Below are positions 25,600 through 37,762 of a stretch of DNA of 64,000 bases, in pieces. Both the position numbers and the translations under genes were made by a program. Below the pieces are notes generated by a model. It was given only the letters and a program-made list of their open reading frames with translations, ran no database searches and was not told where the DNA came from. How positions within the stretch are numbered: the first letter of the stretch is position 1; each line of letters starts with the position of its first letter. Source of the stretch: Macrostomum hystrix (Eukaryota > Animalia > Platyhelminthes); NCBI GenBank assembly GCA_950097015.1, contig CATNEN010000011.1, forward strand, positions 496,001-560,000. Reading direction: 5' to 3'.

Positions 25600-26445
25600 A
25601 TCAGGATCTGGGATGATGGAAGCCTAATCAGGGGATCTTGGATGATTAATCTGGGAATCTGGGATGATGGAAGCCTAGTCAGGGGATCTTGGATGATTAA
25701 TCTGGGGATCTGGGATGATGGAAGCCTAGTCAGGGGATCTTGGATGATTAATCTGGGAATCTGGGATGATGGAAGCCTAGTCAGGGGATCTTGGATGATT
25801 AATCTGGGGATCTGGGATGATGGAAGCCTAGTCAGGGGATCTTGGATGATTAATCTGGGGATCTGGGATGATGGAAGCCTAGTCAGGGGATCTTGGATGA
25901 TTAATCTGGGGATCTGGGATGATGGAAGCCTAGTCAGGGGATCTTGGATGATTAATCTGGGGATCTCAGATGATTGAAGCCTAATCAGGGGATCTTGGAT
26001 GATTAATCTGGGAATCTGGGATGATGGAAGCCTAGTCAGGGGATCTTGGATGATTAATCTGGGGATCTGGGATGATGGAAGCCTAGTCAGGGGATCTTGG
26101 ATGATTAATCTGGGGATCTGGGATGATGGAAGCCTAGTCAGGGGATCTTGGATGATTAATCTGGGGATCTGGGATGATGGAAGCCTAGTCAGGGGATCTT
26201 GGATGATTAATCTGGGGATCTGGGATGATGGAAGCCTAGTCAGGGGATCTTGGATGATTAATCTGGGGATCTGAGATGATGGAAGCCTAATCAGGGGATC
26301 TTGGATGATTAATCTGGGAATCTGGGATGATGAATGCCTAATCAGGGGATCTTGGATGATTAATCTGGGAATCTGGGATGATGAATGCCTAATCAGGGGA
26401 TCTTGGATGATTAATCTGGGAATCTGGGATGATGGATGCCTCATC
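25600..26445. repeat. Minisatellite, 51-bp unit, about 16 copies
   Basis: Unit GATTAATCTGGGGATCTGGGATGATGGAAGCCTAGTCAGGGGATCTTGGAT; gives a 17-aa periodic ORF. Confidence 0.95.
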
Positions 26446-27252
26446 TAAAGGTTAACATCTGAGCTAGCAATATGGGTAACACTGCTACATAATGAAGCAA
26501 AGCAAAGCCAATTGGAGTACAGGTGCTGCTACTAAAAGCAAGAGAAAGCGCGCAAAAAGCGACAAAAAATTGAGAAATAAACTAAGAAGGAAACCTAAAT
26601 GTGTCGCTAGACAATTAAATACTGCCCTGTCATTTCTGGTCTGCAAGCAGCAAACGAGAAGACAAGAAGCAGCTAATTCATTCTTAAACAACATTGATTT
26701 ATATTCGATGGTCATGAGTGGAAGATGATTGATTTCTGTTTCAATAAAAACTCGTGACTAAATTAAAAAAAAACAATGCCTTTCTTGCGATAGACTAAAA
26801 ACTGTGTACAACGGACAGACAAGGACCTTTAATTTCCATTTTCTCAGAACAAAAAACTGATTTCCTTCGAAGACAAATGAGTCAAAGAGAAAATCTCTAA
26901 GCCAGGAAGCAAGGAATTTTGTAGCCCAAAAATATTATTGAAAAAAACTAACGAACCGGCAACACAAACAAAAACACAAAACTAATATAAAACAAAATAT
27001 ATAAATTACTAGCAGTAGCAGGAAAGCGAGGACATAAAAAGTTTCTCTCTCATTCGCTTACTAAGTCTTTCTACCAGCATAGTGATACATACGCGCTTTA
27101 TTATCACTAGCGGAACCAGACTACTAGCAGTAGAAACGATCGCAATTGTTTTCAATGTTGAAGCAGTCGACTTTGGATTTATTATCTAAATGAAGTTCTT
27201 CTATGAAAATGCTTCTTCTTCTATGAGAAATTTCTGAAAGTCATTGCCCCGA

Positions 27253-30200
27253 TCAGATGACGAAAACAGCGTAGACTGCAGAGACTGCCAGGCCCACAAA
27301 AAATGTGACTAAATACATCTTTAAACCAAAATTGGCTAACCAGAACGAACCAATCAGGGCCAGGGTGAAGGCTGTGGCAGGCAGTGCGCGACTGAGGGGC
27401 AGAGGAGAGACTCGCGATTGGCCGGGGAAGCGGCCGTTCTGGTTGAAGTCCGACATCATTCTGGAATGGGGTGAGGATGGCAAGTATGTATGCAGTGATA
27501 GATAGAATAAATAGATAGATGGACAGGATGCGAATACGAAAGGGGAGACACTAAGACAGGATGTGGAGATGAGAGAGTAGACAGGATAATGAGATAAGAG
27601 AGGAGACAATGAGGTATGAGACAGGATTGGGAGGTGAGAAAGGCGACACTGAGATAAGGATAAGGAGATGAAAGGGGAGGCACAGACGGGATGTAGAGAT
27701 AAGAGAAGATAATGAGAGTGGATGGAGAGATAAGAAAGAGCAAAGAGAATTCGATTCCGAACCTGTCCTTCTCAGCGAAGACATTGTGCAGCCAGCTGGC
27801 CACCTCCTCCTGTTTCCGTCGGGGCACCAGATCCATAGGCAATCGGCGCAGGTGAATGTGGAGCCTACGCCTGCGCTTGAACCAGGAGAACAGCTGCGGC
27901 ACATTTACACCACCCGTGAAACCCTCGTAGGCGATCGTGACATCATAGACAGCGTCGAAGTAGTTACTCAGAGCGTTAAGGGTCAGATACGTGCCCTTGA
28001 CTCGTGGAGTCAGATGATAGCGCAACGGTGTCAGGCCGTTGCTAGCGGCAAATTCCTGAGCCTTCTTAATCACATCTGGCTTATCGTAGTTGATCCTTGT
28101 GCCCTCGGGAAAGATGATCACCCAAGAATTCGTGTTATTAGCCTCCAGGGATTGCAGTGACCGAACCGCATGGTCAGCTTTGAATTCGCTGCGATTCACG
28201 AAAACACAACCGTGCTGCGGAGCGCGTTTTGGGCATTAGAGTTTGAAAGAAAGAAAAAAACGCCTCCTACTGATAGTAGTAGAGTTCTTTGTTCCATTAT
28301 TCTTTGTTCTATTGTTCTATAAGATTTATCTTATCTATTGTATAAGAGCGCATGATTAGCAACTAGACCCTTCTTGGTTCGTCATTACCATCACTTCTGG
28401 GTAGTTGGATTGTCATTCACTACCATTATTCGGTGTACTAGGCTAGTCATTAATCTAACTTCTGTGTAATAGGTAAGTCATAACATTCTCTAGTGTGTAC
28501 TAGGCTAGTCCTTACTTTGTCTACTGTGTACTAGGCTAGTCATAACATTCTCTACTGTGTACTAGGCTAGTCATAACATTCTCTACTGTGTACTAGGCTA
28601 GTCATAACATTCTATTCTGTGTACTAGGCTAGTCATAACATTCTCTTCTCTGTAATAGGCTAGTGATAAAATTATATTCTGTGTACTAGGCTGGTCATAA
28701 CATTCTCTAGTGTGTACAAGGCTAGTCATAACATTCTCTTCTGTGTACTAGGCTAGTCATAACATTCTCTTCTGTGTACTAGGCTAGTCATAACATTCTA
28801 TTCTGTGTACTAGGCTAGTCATAACATTCTCTTCTGTGTACTAGGCTAGTCATAACATTCTCTTCTGTGTACTAGGCTAGTCATTAATCTAAATTCTGTG
28901 TACTAGGCTAGTCATAACTTTCTCTTCTGTGTACTGGGCTAGTCCTTGCTTTCTCTTCTGTGTACTGGGCTAGTCCTAGCTTTCTCTTCTGTGTACTGGG
29001 CTAGTCCTAGCTTTCTCTTCTGTGTACTATGCTAGTTATTAACCTATCTTTTGTGTACCAGGTTATCATAAAATTCTCTTTTGTGTACTAGCTAGGCTTG
29101 TCATAACCTTCTCTTTACGGAGCATTAGGAAAAGCTCATTAACCAGTTTTAAAACTACAAACAAGCAATTTAATTAAATTTACTAGGATGTACGATTGCA
29201 CTATTGCATACTTTACTCAAATTTAGATCGCAAAAGTTACTCTTGTGTTCGCTCCCACCTGGTAGAAATAATATCCATAGAACGGAACATATTTCAGTTC
29301 ATTCTTTAACAGATATCGAGTGCGACCTATGCCTCCCTGCCGAGCGATCAGCATATCTGTGATGATCCAATCCACTGAAATGTGAGGCAAGGTGGGCTGT
29401 TGCATCTGGGTTCGAAATTTATTTAGGCCCGTTGAAATATACGCCTAAATATTGTTAGCTAAGTCCAAAATTAGTATAACAAAAATCCCATATGCTAAAG
29501 CATTGAATTCTTGTCAGTTAAAACCGGCTATTGACCAAGGCAGGTGCAAAAAATGAATTGTGAATGCTAGGACAGCACGAAAATGCTACTTATTACTTTT
29601 TCTAATGCAGCTTCAGTAGCAGAGATCTAGCAGCAAATCCGACACGAAAACATTTTTTCTGCGCAGATTAAATCTTTAATTTTAACTGTAAGATTTCAAA
29701 GGTATTTTATCAAACAGAATTCTCAGAGTGACCCTTAAATTGCTTTCTGTATGTACCAACTTGCTTATCTTTTTTGGTCGAGGAAAAAGTTATACTTTTT
29801 TAGAAATAATGCAACTGGAAAGACTGTTTATAGTTTCTTCCAATGAGTAAACTGGTACCTTACTAGCCAAGGTTAAACCAGACCTATGCTGAATTTATTA
29901 GCAAAAAAGCTTTATATTAGCGATACAAACAAGCAAAAAGGATATCTACAAATTAGTTTGTTAAATACCATTTCCGCTTACCAGAAGATTGATGATTAGA
30001 GAAGTACATGACACGCTCTTTCTTCTTCAACAGATCATCGATGCTATCTCCATAGAGAATAATCTAGGAAGGCATGATTTATGATATAGTAATGTATTAA
30101 TTGCAAGCCAAAAAAGTAGCTAATAAGTTGCTCACCTCAGTCTGGGCCAAGTACTCATAGAAGAACAGAACAGTCCATTGGTAAGATGACCACATCTTCT

Positions 30201-30369
30201 CATCAATGTAGTTATACAATCTAAATGGCATAAATATTGATACTAGCCTGATGAGAAACCACAGGAAGAGAAATGGTGGAGCTGCAGGCATCAATATTGT
30301 AACTGCTAGCATTAGGAGGCAGAATGACTTAGCATTCCAAGTCTCTGCATTGGGCTTGCTTGATGACAT
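27253..30369 (-). CDS. AGPAT5: 1-acyl-sn-glycerol-3-phosphate acyltransferase epsilon. Exons 30369-30136, 30063-29982, 29374-29259, 28214-27763, 27460-27253
   Basis: Phases match (0,1,0,2). Acyltransferase motifs NHQSSVDW, RYLLKNELK, FVNRS, IFPEGTR, LTPRVKG and AVYDVTIAY are collinear with AGPAT5. Confidence 0.95.
28475..29095. repeat. Minisatellite, 31-bp unit (CTGTGTACTAGGCTAGTCATAACATTCTCTT), AGPAT5 intron 3
   Basis: About 19 diverging copies visible. Confidence 0.92.
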
Positions 30370-30541
30370 TATCAAAAGATAAAGAAAGAGAGAAGTTTTA
30401 TGTACTGAAAAATAAAGTTATTTACATGTGTAACCCATTGTGTAATTTAATTTGAATCTAAAAATGACAAGATCCGAAAGTTAAGCCTTAAAAACCATTA
30501 TATTTAAGTTCAGTGAGAAAACTTTCTATGCCTAACTACTG

Positions 30542-31177
30542 ACCAAAGACCACTAGAAGAAGGACAGGACACTATTTTCTTGGAAAATTTATTAAAGGCT
30601 GATTTTCATGCAAAAATGCACTTAGTGAGATAGGAACTTTTCATGTTTTTTTGCATAAAAATGTTGATAACTTTTTTATTGGAAACAAATCCAATGCTGC
30701 TCTTTTAATATATCTAATAAAACATGTTGCTTTATAAAGCTATACTCATAAAAATTGATCATCCATATTTTTTTACTTTATTTATTATGAAGCACAATAG
30801 CTACTTAAGAGCTATCAAGAGACTAACCCAATTTTACAGTCACCTTCTAATCATGTATAGGTGTACCATGAGAAAAAAAACCAAGCCATGGGCTAACTTT
30901 ATGGCTGATTGGTTACTATTGTGCTTCATGATAATTGAACAATATAAAATGATCAATTATTTATGAATGAAGCCTTCTAAAATTTGGTCAAGCAACATGT
31001 TTTGCAAGATATATCAAAAGAACAGCATTAGATCTGCTACCAATAAAAAGTTATCAACATTTTAATGAAAAAACATGAAAAGTTTCTTGCTAATAATTTT
31101 TTTTCACAGAAATCTGCTTTTAATAAAGTTCCCATAATAATAAGTGTCTTATCCTTCTTCTTCTAGTGGTCCTTGCT
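30542..31177. mobile_element. MITE-like element with about 33-bp imperfect TIRs (AGCAAGGACCACTAGAAGAAG...)
   Basis: 30542-30573 matches the reverse complement of about 31143-31177; the interior is AT-rich and non-coding. Confidence 0.6.
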
Positions 31178-33644
31178 ACTAATATTATCAATTAAAAGTT
31201 AAATTATCAAATTAATCAAATCAAATCAAATCATATCAATCAAATTAAAATGTTATCATTCAGCATGAATTTATAATACTTTAACAGAAACACTTCAGCA
31301 AGTTAAGATATCAAATAATAAAGCTTTAACTGTTGAAATCAGTTTATCTCCTTTAAAAAAGTTCAAAGGTTAGTATTTTCATTATTTTTTTAATAACAAA
31401 AAAACAATCAATTTATAATTTCAAGCTCTACTTATTTCAATAGCCAGTCTTATATAGATTTTTAAATAGGCTAAGCTAATCATTTTTTCAATGTTATTAT
31501 AAAATACTAATAAACAGCATTTAGCAATACATAGCATAGCAAGTGATTTATACAATTGATATAGTAAACTTATATAGACTTTGCTTGTATTAGCTCTCAA
31601 CTTCAAATTGCTAGGCCTAGCTAATTAGCCTAATTTGGCCCTAAGTAGGAAACAAAATTAAATGTCATCACTTAAAGTTTTTTCCATTATGTATGACTAG
31701 GCAATAAGGCAAAAAGCAAAAAGCAAAAAAGTTTATACACCTATACAAATATTTTTTGTGGTCATGGGATTAGACCAGGGCCAACAATACCAAAAGAATA
31801 TCACAATCGACAATATGAATAATTGTTGTCTTATGGTGCCATATTATCATGATAATTAAATTATCGTGCCATAATTGATATGGCAATTATATTCTTATTT
31901 ATTAAGTTTTACTTCTTTTTGGATCCTATTTCTTTAGTTGCCACAGAAGCGCCAGAATGGGCGCAAGTCCTGTTAGTTGGAGAGGTCAGCGCAGTAGTAG
32001 TAGTTGGTGTTGGTGGCCGTGAAGCAAAGTGTAGTTCTTCGTTTTTTCTAAACTAAAAGTTCAACTATATACTCTTACTTAAAATGTATATATATTAGGA
32101 CAGGCTCATCAGAACCACAAAGTAAGCTTTATATAACATTATTATGAATTATAGTTCAAGAACGCAGAGTGGAAATGGACATGGTTAAGCAATGACATTG
32201 GCGACGATGGCGTGACAACAAACGAAAGTCTGCTACCAAATATCGCACCACCAAAAAATGTCAAGACATTTCCGATAAAAAATATCTACAGATTTAAAAC
32301 AGTTACTTTTTAAAGCAGGCTAGAAGTGTTGGCGCCACTCAGTTTGGGATAATGTAAAGCGACTGTTGTTATATATTTCGTTATTTCCGGTGTGAGGTTT
32401 TTCCGCTTAAAATGCGCTCTCTCTAGGTACTAAGCTTAAAATATTCAAATCGCAGTATATTGTAATACTGATGTAAATTATAACACATTACCCACTGCAA
32501 AAGTTCATTTCAGGGCATATTGATCTTCGACACATTTTATGTACGGGTACTGTACCGTTCCGTTACAGGTGCATTCCATTAAACTACTTTCATTTGCTGC
32601 GGTGCTCCCCTGGGAATTTACAGACTTAATTTCTAGCAAATTTTGGTTGCCCTCCTTATAAGAGCGTCTTCCAGGGGCCCAGCTTCCCCCGGCTAAAATC
32701 CTAGGGCTGAAAACTACTTGGATTGTACAGTTCCGTGGAGATCGCAGGTCCTTGGCCTCTTGTAATCGCGAGTCGGTCCCTATGGAGCACTTGCAGGTCC
32801 TTGAAGTAGGCACTCAGGAATGTTGTTCCCAGAGGCTCAAGCCTGCTTTGTTGCGTATCAGCTGCAAGCAAATAATTTCCTGAATTGTCTCGGGACTCTG
32901 GAGATGGGGGTCCAGATCGATTGTGTCTTGGGGCGGTCCTAAACCGCAGATCACATGGGTGACGCCGTGTCAAGCCTTAGTGTCCTTACAGTCCCAGGCT
33001 TTGGAGAAAAAAAATCCTAGCCTGTTTCCTACCAAGGTTCAATTAACTGCGGCAGAGTCCAGCCATGGACTGATCCGCGGGGAAAACCCAAATCGTATTC
33101 AAAAACGTATATTTTTACATCAGCTGTACAGGTGGCAATATCGTTTGCACTTTTATTAGATTGCATACACTAACACATATTTCTTTAAAATGTTACGTAA
33201 ATATTTTTATATTTCTATATTCTGGCGAATGACTCACAGAAATTGCTTCTACAGTCTACTTCTACATTTTCATTTTCGTATAAATAAATTACAAGTAAAC
33301 ACAGTAGCGCAAAGTTCATCCCCTTGTAATTTCGGAAAAGAAGCTGAAAACAAAACGCTTACGGTAGATAAAAATGGACAAATTTTTAATGAGTGGCAAT
33401 GTTCGAAAGCGTCAAAATAGATGCAAAAAGTATACTTTAGCGTTTACATGCATGGTACATGATTATAACTACTTAAATAGAATCTGCCTATCTAAACCTT
33501 CAGTAAAAATCAAGTTCACATAATTCTATAAAAAAATATTTTTAAAACATAACTCAAACAAACATAAAAACATGAATATTATATGTTAGAGCAGAATTAA
33601 GCCCATTAATCCGGTGCGCTACTATTGGTCAACACCGTTTTCTC

Positions 33645-34537
33645 TCACTTCGTTAACTGCCGCTCCGAAGCAAGACGCTTGCGTTCTATTTCGTCTAATG
33701 TCACCATGCCTTGAGGCATGCTTGTCAGGTCGAATTCATCAACTAGAATGTTCTCAGCCATACCTGCGAAAGCGGAAATATGAGATAGATAAAAAACTTA
33801 AAAACACCTACCTACTTTTACTGTTCAAACTAACTAAAACTAACATTACAACAGAACAACAATAAGTCAGTAAGTAGGCAACTCACGCCTTATGCGCTGC
33901 ATCTTAGTTCCGTAGCACAGGTCATACTGGTAGCCAATGATGAAAGTGAATGGCACAATTGGGATCATGGCCAATCGTTTGCCTTTAGCGGCGGCCGCTA
34001 CCGCACCAACCAAAGCCAATCCATAGAAGCTGGCCGTCCAGTTGAATAGTTCGCGACCGCGAGCAATTTGAGCGGCCATCATTCGTTCGCGCATTGCATT
34101 CTGCATCTCCAGCTGCCGGCACAACTGAGTAGATGTTTGATGAAGTTCGATTCATTTTTAAGTAAGCTTAATTCCATACTTAGTCTATATTCAAAAAACG
34201 GAAAAAATATGGGTCGATATTTAAAACTCATTTTCGCACAAATTTTCTTACTCGTGTTACTCATAGAAGAGTAATAATGTAATACAATTATTTCGTCATG
34301 TATACTTGTGAAAACTGGTATAGTGAAATTTAATTAATGATAGCTGGTAAACTGAAGTGAAATGAGAGATTTATATTTTGCACAGTTCGGTACAATATGA
34401 CAATATATAATGATTCAACACTTTATGGTGTACTCATACTTTAAATCCAAACTTACTGTAAGCTTCTGCATTTCACTCATGGCTTCTTGATTTTTCTTTG
34501 AGAAACCATCCATTAGGCGTGATACTGGATTGCCCAT
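33645..34537 (-). CDS. PLGRKT: Plasminogen receptor KT homologue. Exons 34537-34457, 34124-33887, 33763-33645
   Basis: Phases match (0,1). The spliced protein MGNPVSR...RQLEMQNAMRERMMAAQIARGRE...PIVPFTFIIGYQYDLCYGT...AENIL...MPQGMVTLDEIE is collinear with PLGRKT. Confidence 0.93.
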
Positions 34538-35096
34538 CCTCTTTTATGATGTAAATTAGATAAAGCTGAAAAAATAGAAACAATGATATTATAATCTTAG
34601 GACATTTGGACAAAGTGGCATCTGAAAAAAACAAATAACCAATTAAAAAATAAAATAGATTGCTGTACAAGCATACATATGCAACATTTTTCTTGTGTCT
34701 ATGTAAAAGCTTGTACAAAACAGAAAATGAACTGTTTTGTCTTTTTTTGTAAAAATCTGGCAAAAAAAGAAAACAAAAATAAGTGCCATCACTTGTTTTT
34801 TTAATAACAGAAAAGGATATACTTCTAGAATATGCACTCAAACCTCCTCATACATATGACTATATATGTATGACTATGACTATAGTATATATATATACTA
34901 TTTTCTGTTGAAACCTCAGAACTCCAGTTCTGGATGTGACTTTGTCAAATCATTTCACTTCTAGCAATCTTAATTTACCATTTAATAATAATACATGAAT
35001 ACATGATTAAGTGATACATGATTAAGTCAGTGTTTTAAGTGAAATAACTAATTATGTTCCACCTATTTACATACAATTAATATATATATATATAGG

Positions 35097-35345
35097 CATA
35101 CATGCGCAACACCAGGCTGACCCGGCCGAAATGGCCAGGTGAAACGAGGGCCAAGCAAGGTAAGTTGCAAAAACCAATCAACCAAGTGCAAAAAAATCAA
35201 AGGGGGGACCAAGGGACAAAAAAGGAAGGCGTGAAGAAAAGGAAAAAGGGGACAGAAAAAGAGAGCAAAAGAGAGCACTAAGTCGTAAATAGAGCAAAAA
35301 CTAAGTCGCACGGCTGGCTAAGATTTGGGAGGTTGCGCATATATG
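35097..35345. mobile_element. Small putative MITE with 14-bp TIR (CATAYATGCGCAAC)
   Basis: 35097-35110 versus 35332-35345, one mismatch, in TA-rich flanks. Confidence 0.4.
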
Positions 35346-37762
35346 TATATAGGCCTATAGCGGACCTAAAAGCAAAGATTTCAGTTTCGAAGATTTTGGA
35401 GCTCTAAAGTTATCTGTCTCTCACGTACTTTGCCATGCCACTTGACCATCATTTCCCTAAACCCTTGTTGGCTTAGTTATCATCTATGGTCCTTAGTCTG
35501 ATACACAGTTGCAACTTAGATGAAGCCACTTGTTGCACAAGTTTGGTTGTTTAACTTTCTGCTCGCAAGCTAAAGAGCTACACACAAATAAATGCTAGAT
35601 TTCTAATCCTCTGCAGGCCTATATATATCTATATCTATAAAAGTAAAAACTCTGTCTTATATATATATATATATATTGCTCTGTGCATTAAATAATATAT
35701 ATAATTCCTGATAGGAACCAATTAATAGGGAGTTATTTGGCTATATATCCTGTAGAATTGTTTGTTCAAATATTTTCCCAATATGAATAGGTCTAACTTG
35801 CATCCAACTCTAGAATTTCAAGCAATGTAGGAAAGTAACATTAAAACAACAGAATGTAAACTAGATGTCAAGTTAGTTTGTTTGTTATAGTCATGTCTTC
35901 ACATATTTGACATATTCAAAGTGCATAATAGTGGTCAACCCAGAACAGAAAGTTGCAGAATGTGTTCCGCTGAAACTGTTGCCACCATAAATACTCTGCA
36001 GGTACAATTTGAACTGTCCATCAGCCATCCCATGCATTCAGCAAAACTGAGCCTTGCAGTGAGCCCATGTCCCCTCAATCTGGTTGGTATACTCTGTCCT
36101 TTCTAATTTTTTCTAACCCCAAGCCCATCTCTTTAAGCACATAGAGGTAATGTAATGACTTTGGCCATAAACCTACTTTCTCAAACCCCAGTTCATGTCA
36201 CTTCCCGAGTATGACTGGAATTCACAAAACCAGTGGACAGTATAAAAATGTGTTTTGCCACTTGGACATAATATCAATATTGATACCTTGTTTTACTAAT
36301 ATTGAATTGGAGATAATCTATATGAAATACTATGATTAAAGTTATTGTTAAGTGAAGTGAAATAATTGTTAAGTGAAATAATAAATTGACCTCAATAAAG
36401 CAGTCACCCACTAGCCACTACGAATTCTATGCACCTAATTTCAGTAATTAACATTAACATGTACACGCACACCTGAGAGCCGAGACTGAGGGATTCAGAA
36501 TTATACATCTAAAAAATAAAAAGATTTTAAAATGTGTGAACAGTTATTTTTTAACATCAATATCACTTTAAAAAAGTAAGGAGCCTAAAAAGGAAAACAG
36601 ATCATAAATATTCTGCTTTTTTGCATAAAACTCACAGTCAAACCAGCAATCTCTGATAAGAATCCGTTATTTCCGTTTTTCCGTTGAACGGAATTACGAT
36701 CAAAGTTCTAGATTTGAATTAATGATTTTAAAGAGGTGCGTGTTAGAATATTAAAATGATATTTGTACAACAAATACGCATATTTTAGTTTTAAGGGTAT
36801 TAGTTTGTCAGTCTGGTCATTTTTTAGTATAAAACAAAAGTTTTAGATATAACTATGCATATTTCTTCGTGTAAAATGTTTTCGTTTTTCGCTTTCGCAT
36901 TTTTAAACATTTCGGCCCAATCTCGAATCCTTTTGTAGTGGTAGTAAAAATCGTCTTGGAATTTTAAGGTCCCTCTAATTGTGTTTTATTTCTTTATCTC
37001 AACGCCATCAAGCAGTCTATTTTAACGATTGATTAAGTCATGCTTGGGGTTCTTTCTTATGTTCAGGATCCTCAAGCCAATTAGGTCAAACAATTTTTTG
37101 TCCGAAGTTGCGAGCTGTATATAAGAGCGTAGGTTTGAACAATTCTTAACATGAGTAGGCTAAGCTATATTATTCATGATAATGGTATGCATCTTCAAAA
37201 AGTAAGTTTTTTGTTTAAATAAGCGTGCTGAGCAGAAATGATTGCTTTCTGACATCTAGCAAACACAAAAACTATTATTTGTCATTCGTTATGCATGCAA
37301 ACCAAGTCATGACAAAAATACAAATATTACATAGCAAATAAAATTTGCTTCCTAGCGCAAGGGCCATATACTATTCATTAAAACATAGTGTAAGGAATCG
37401 TATATTTCTAAAATGAATAGGTTTAGGAGCAATTTCTTGTGTTTATTTTTTGTAGCACATTTACACAGACAATATATTAAGTTTCTTTCAATGAATACAT
37501 TAGGTTATATGATAATTTCTTTCTTAAAATTATTTGCTGTAATTTTTATGTGATTTTCGTCTCTTTGTGTTTTTAACTCGCCTAATATTATTATTTTCTG
37601 CAAGAAAAATGGTCATAAAAGCGGAATATATTCGAAAAAAAATTTGCTTTTTTTGGTATTCTGCTTATTGTCATATAAAATTTTAGCTTTTTGCCAGATT
37701 ATCTTTTTATATAATATATTTACAATCTTCACATATAACATACTTTTCAGCAGAGAAGCAAA

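Noticed and set aside
32505-33160. GC-richer block with short ORFs, possibly a decayed retroelement
   Set aside because: Multiple stops in all frames and no motif I could identify with confidence.
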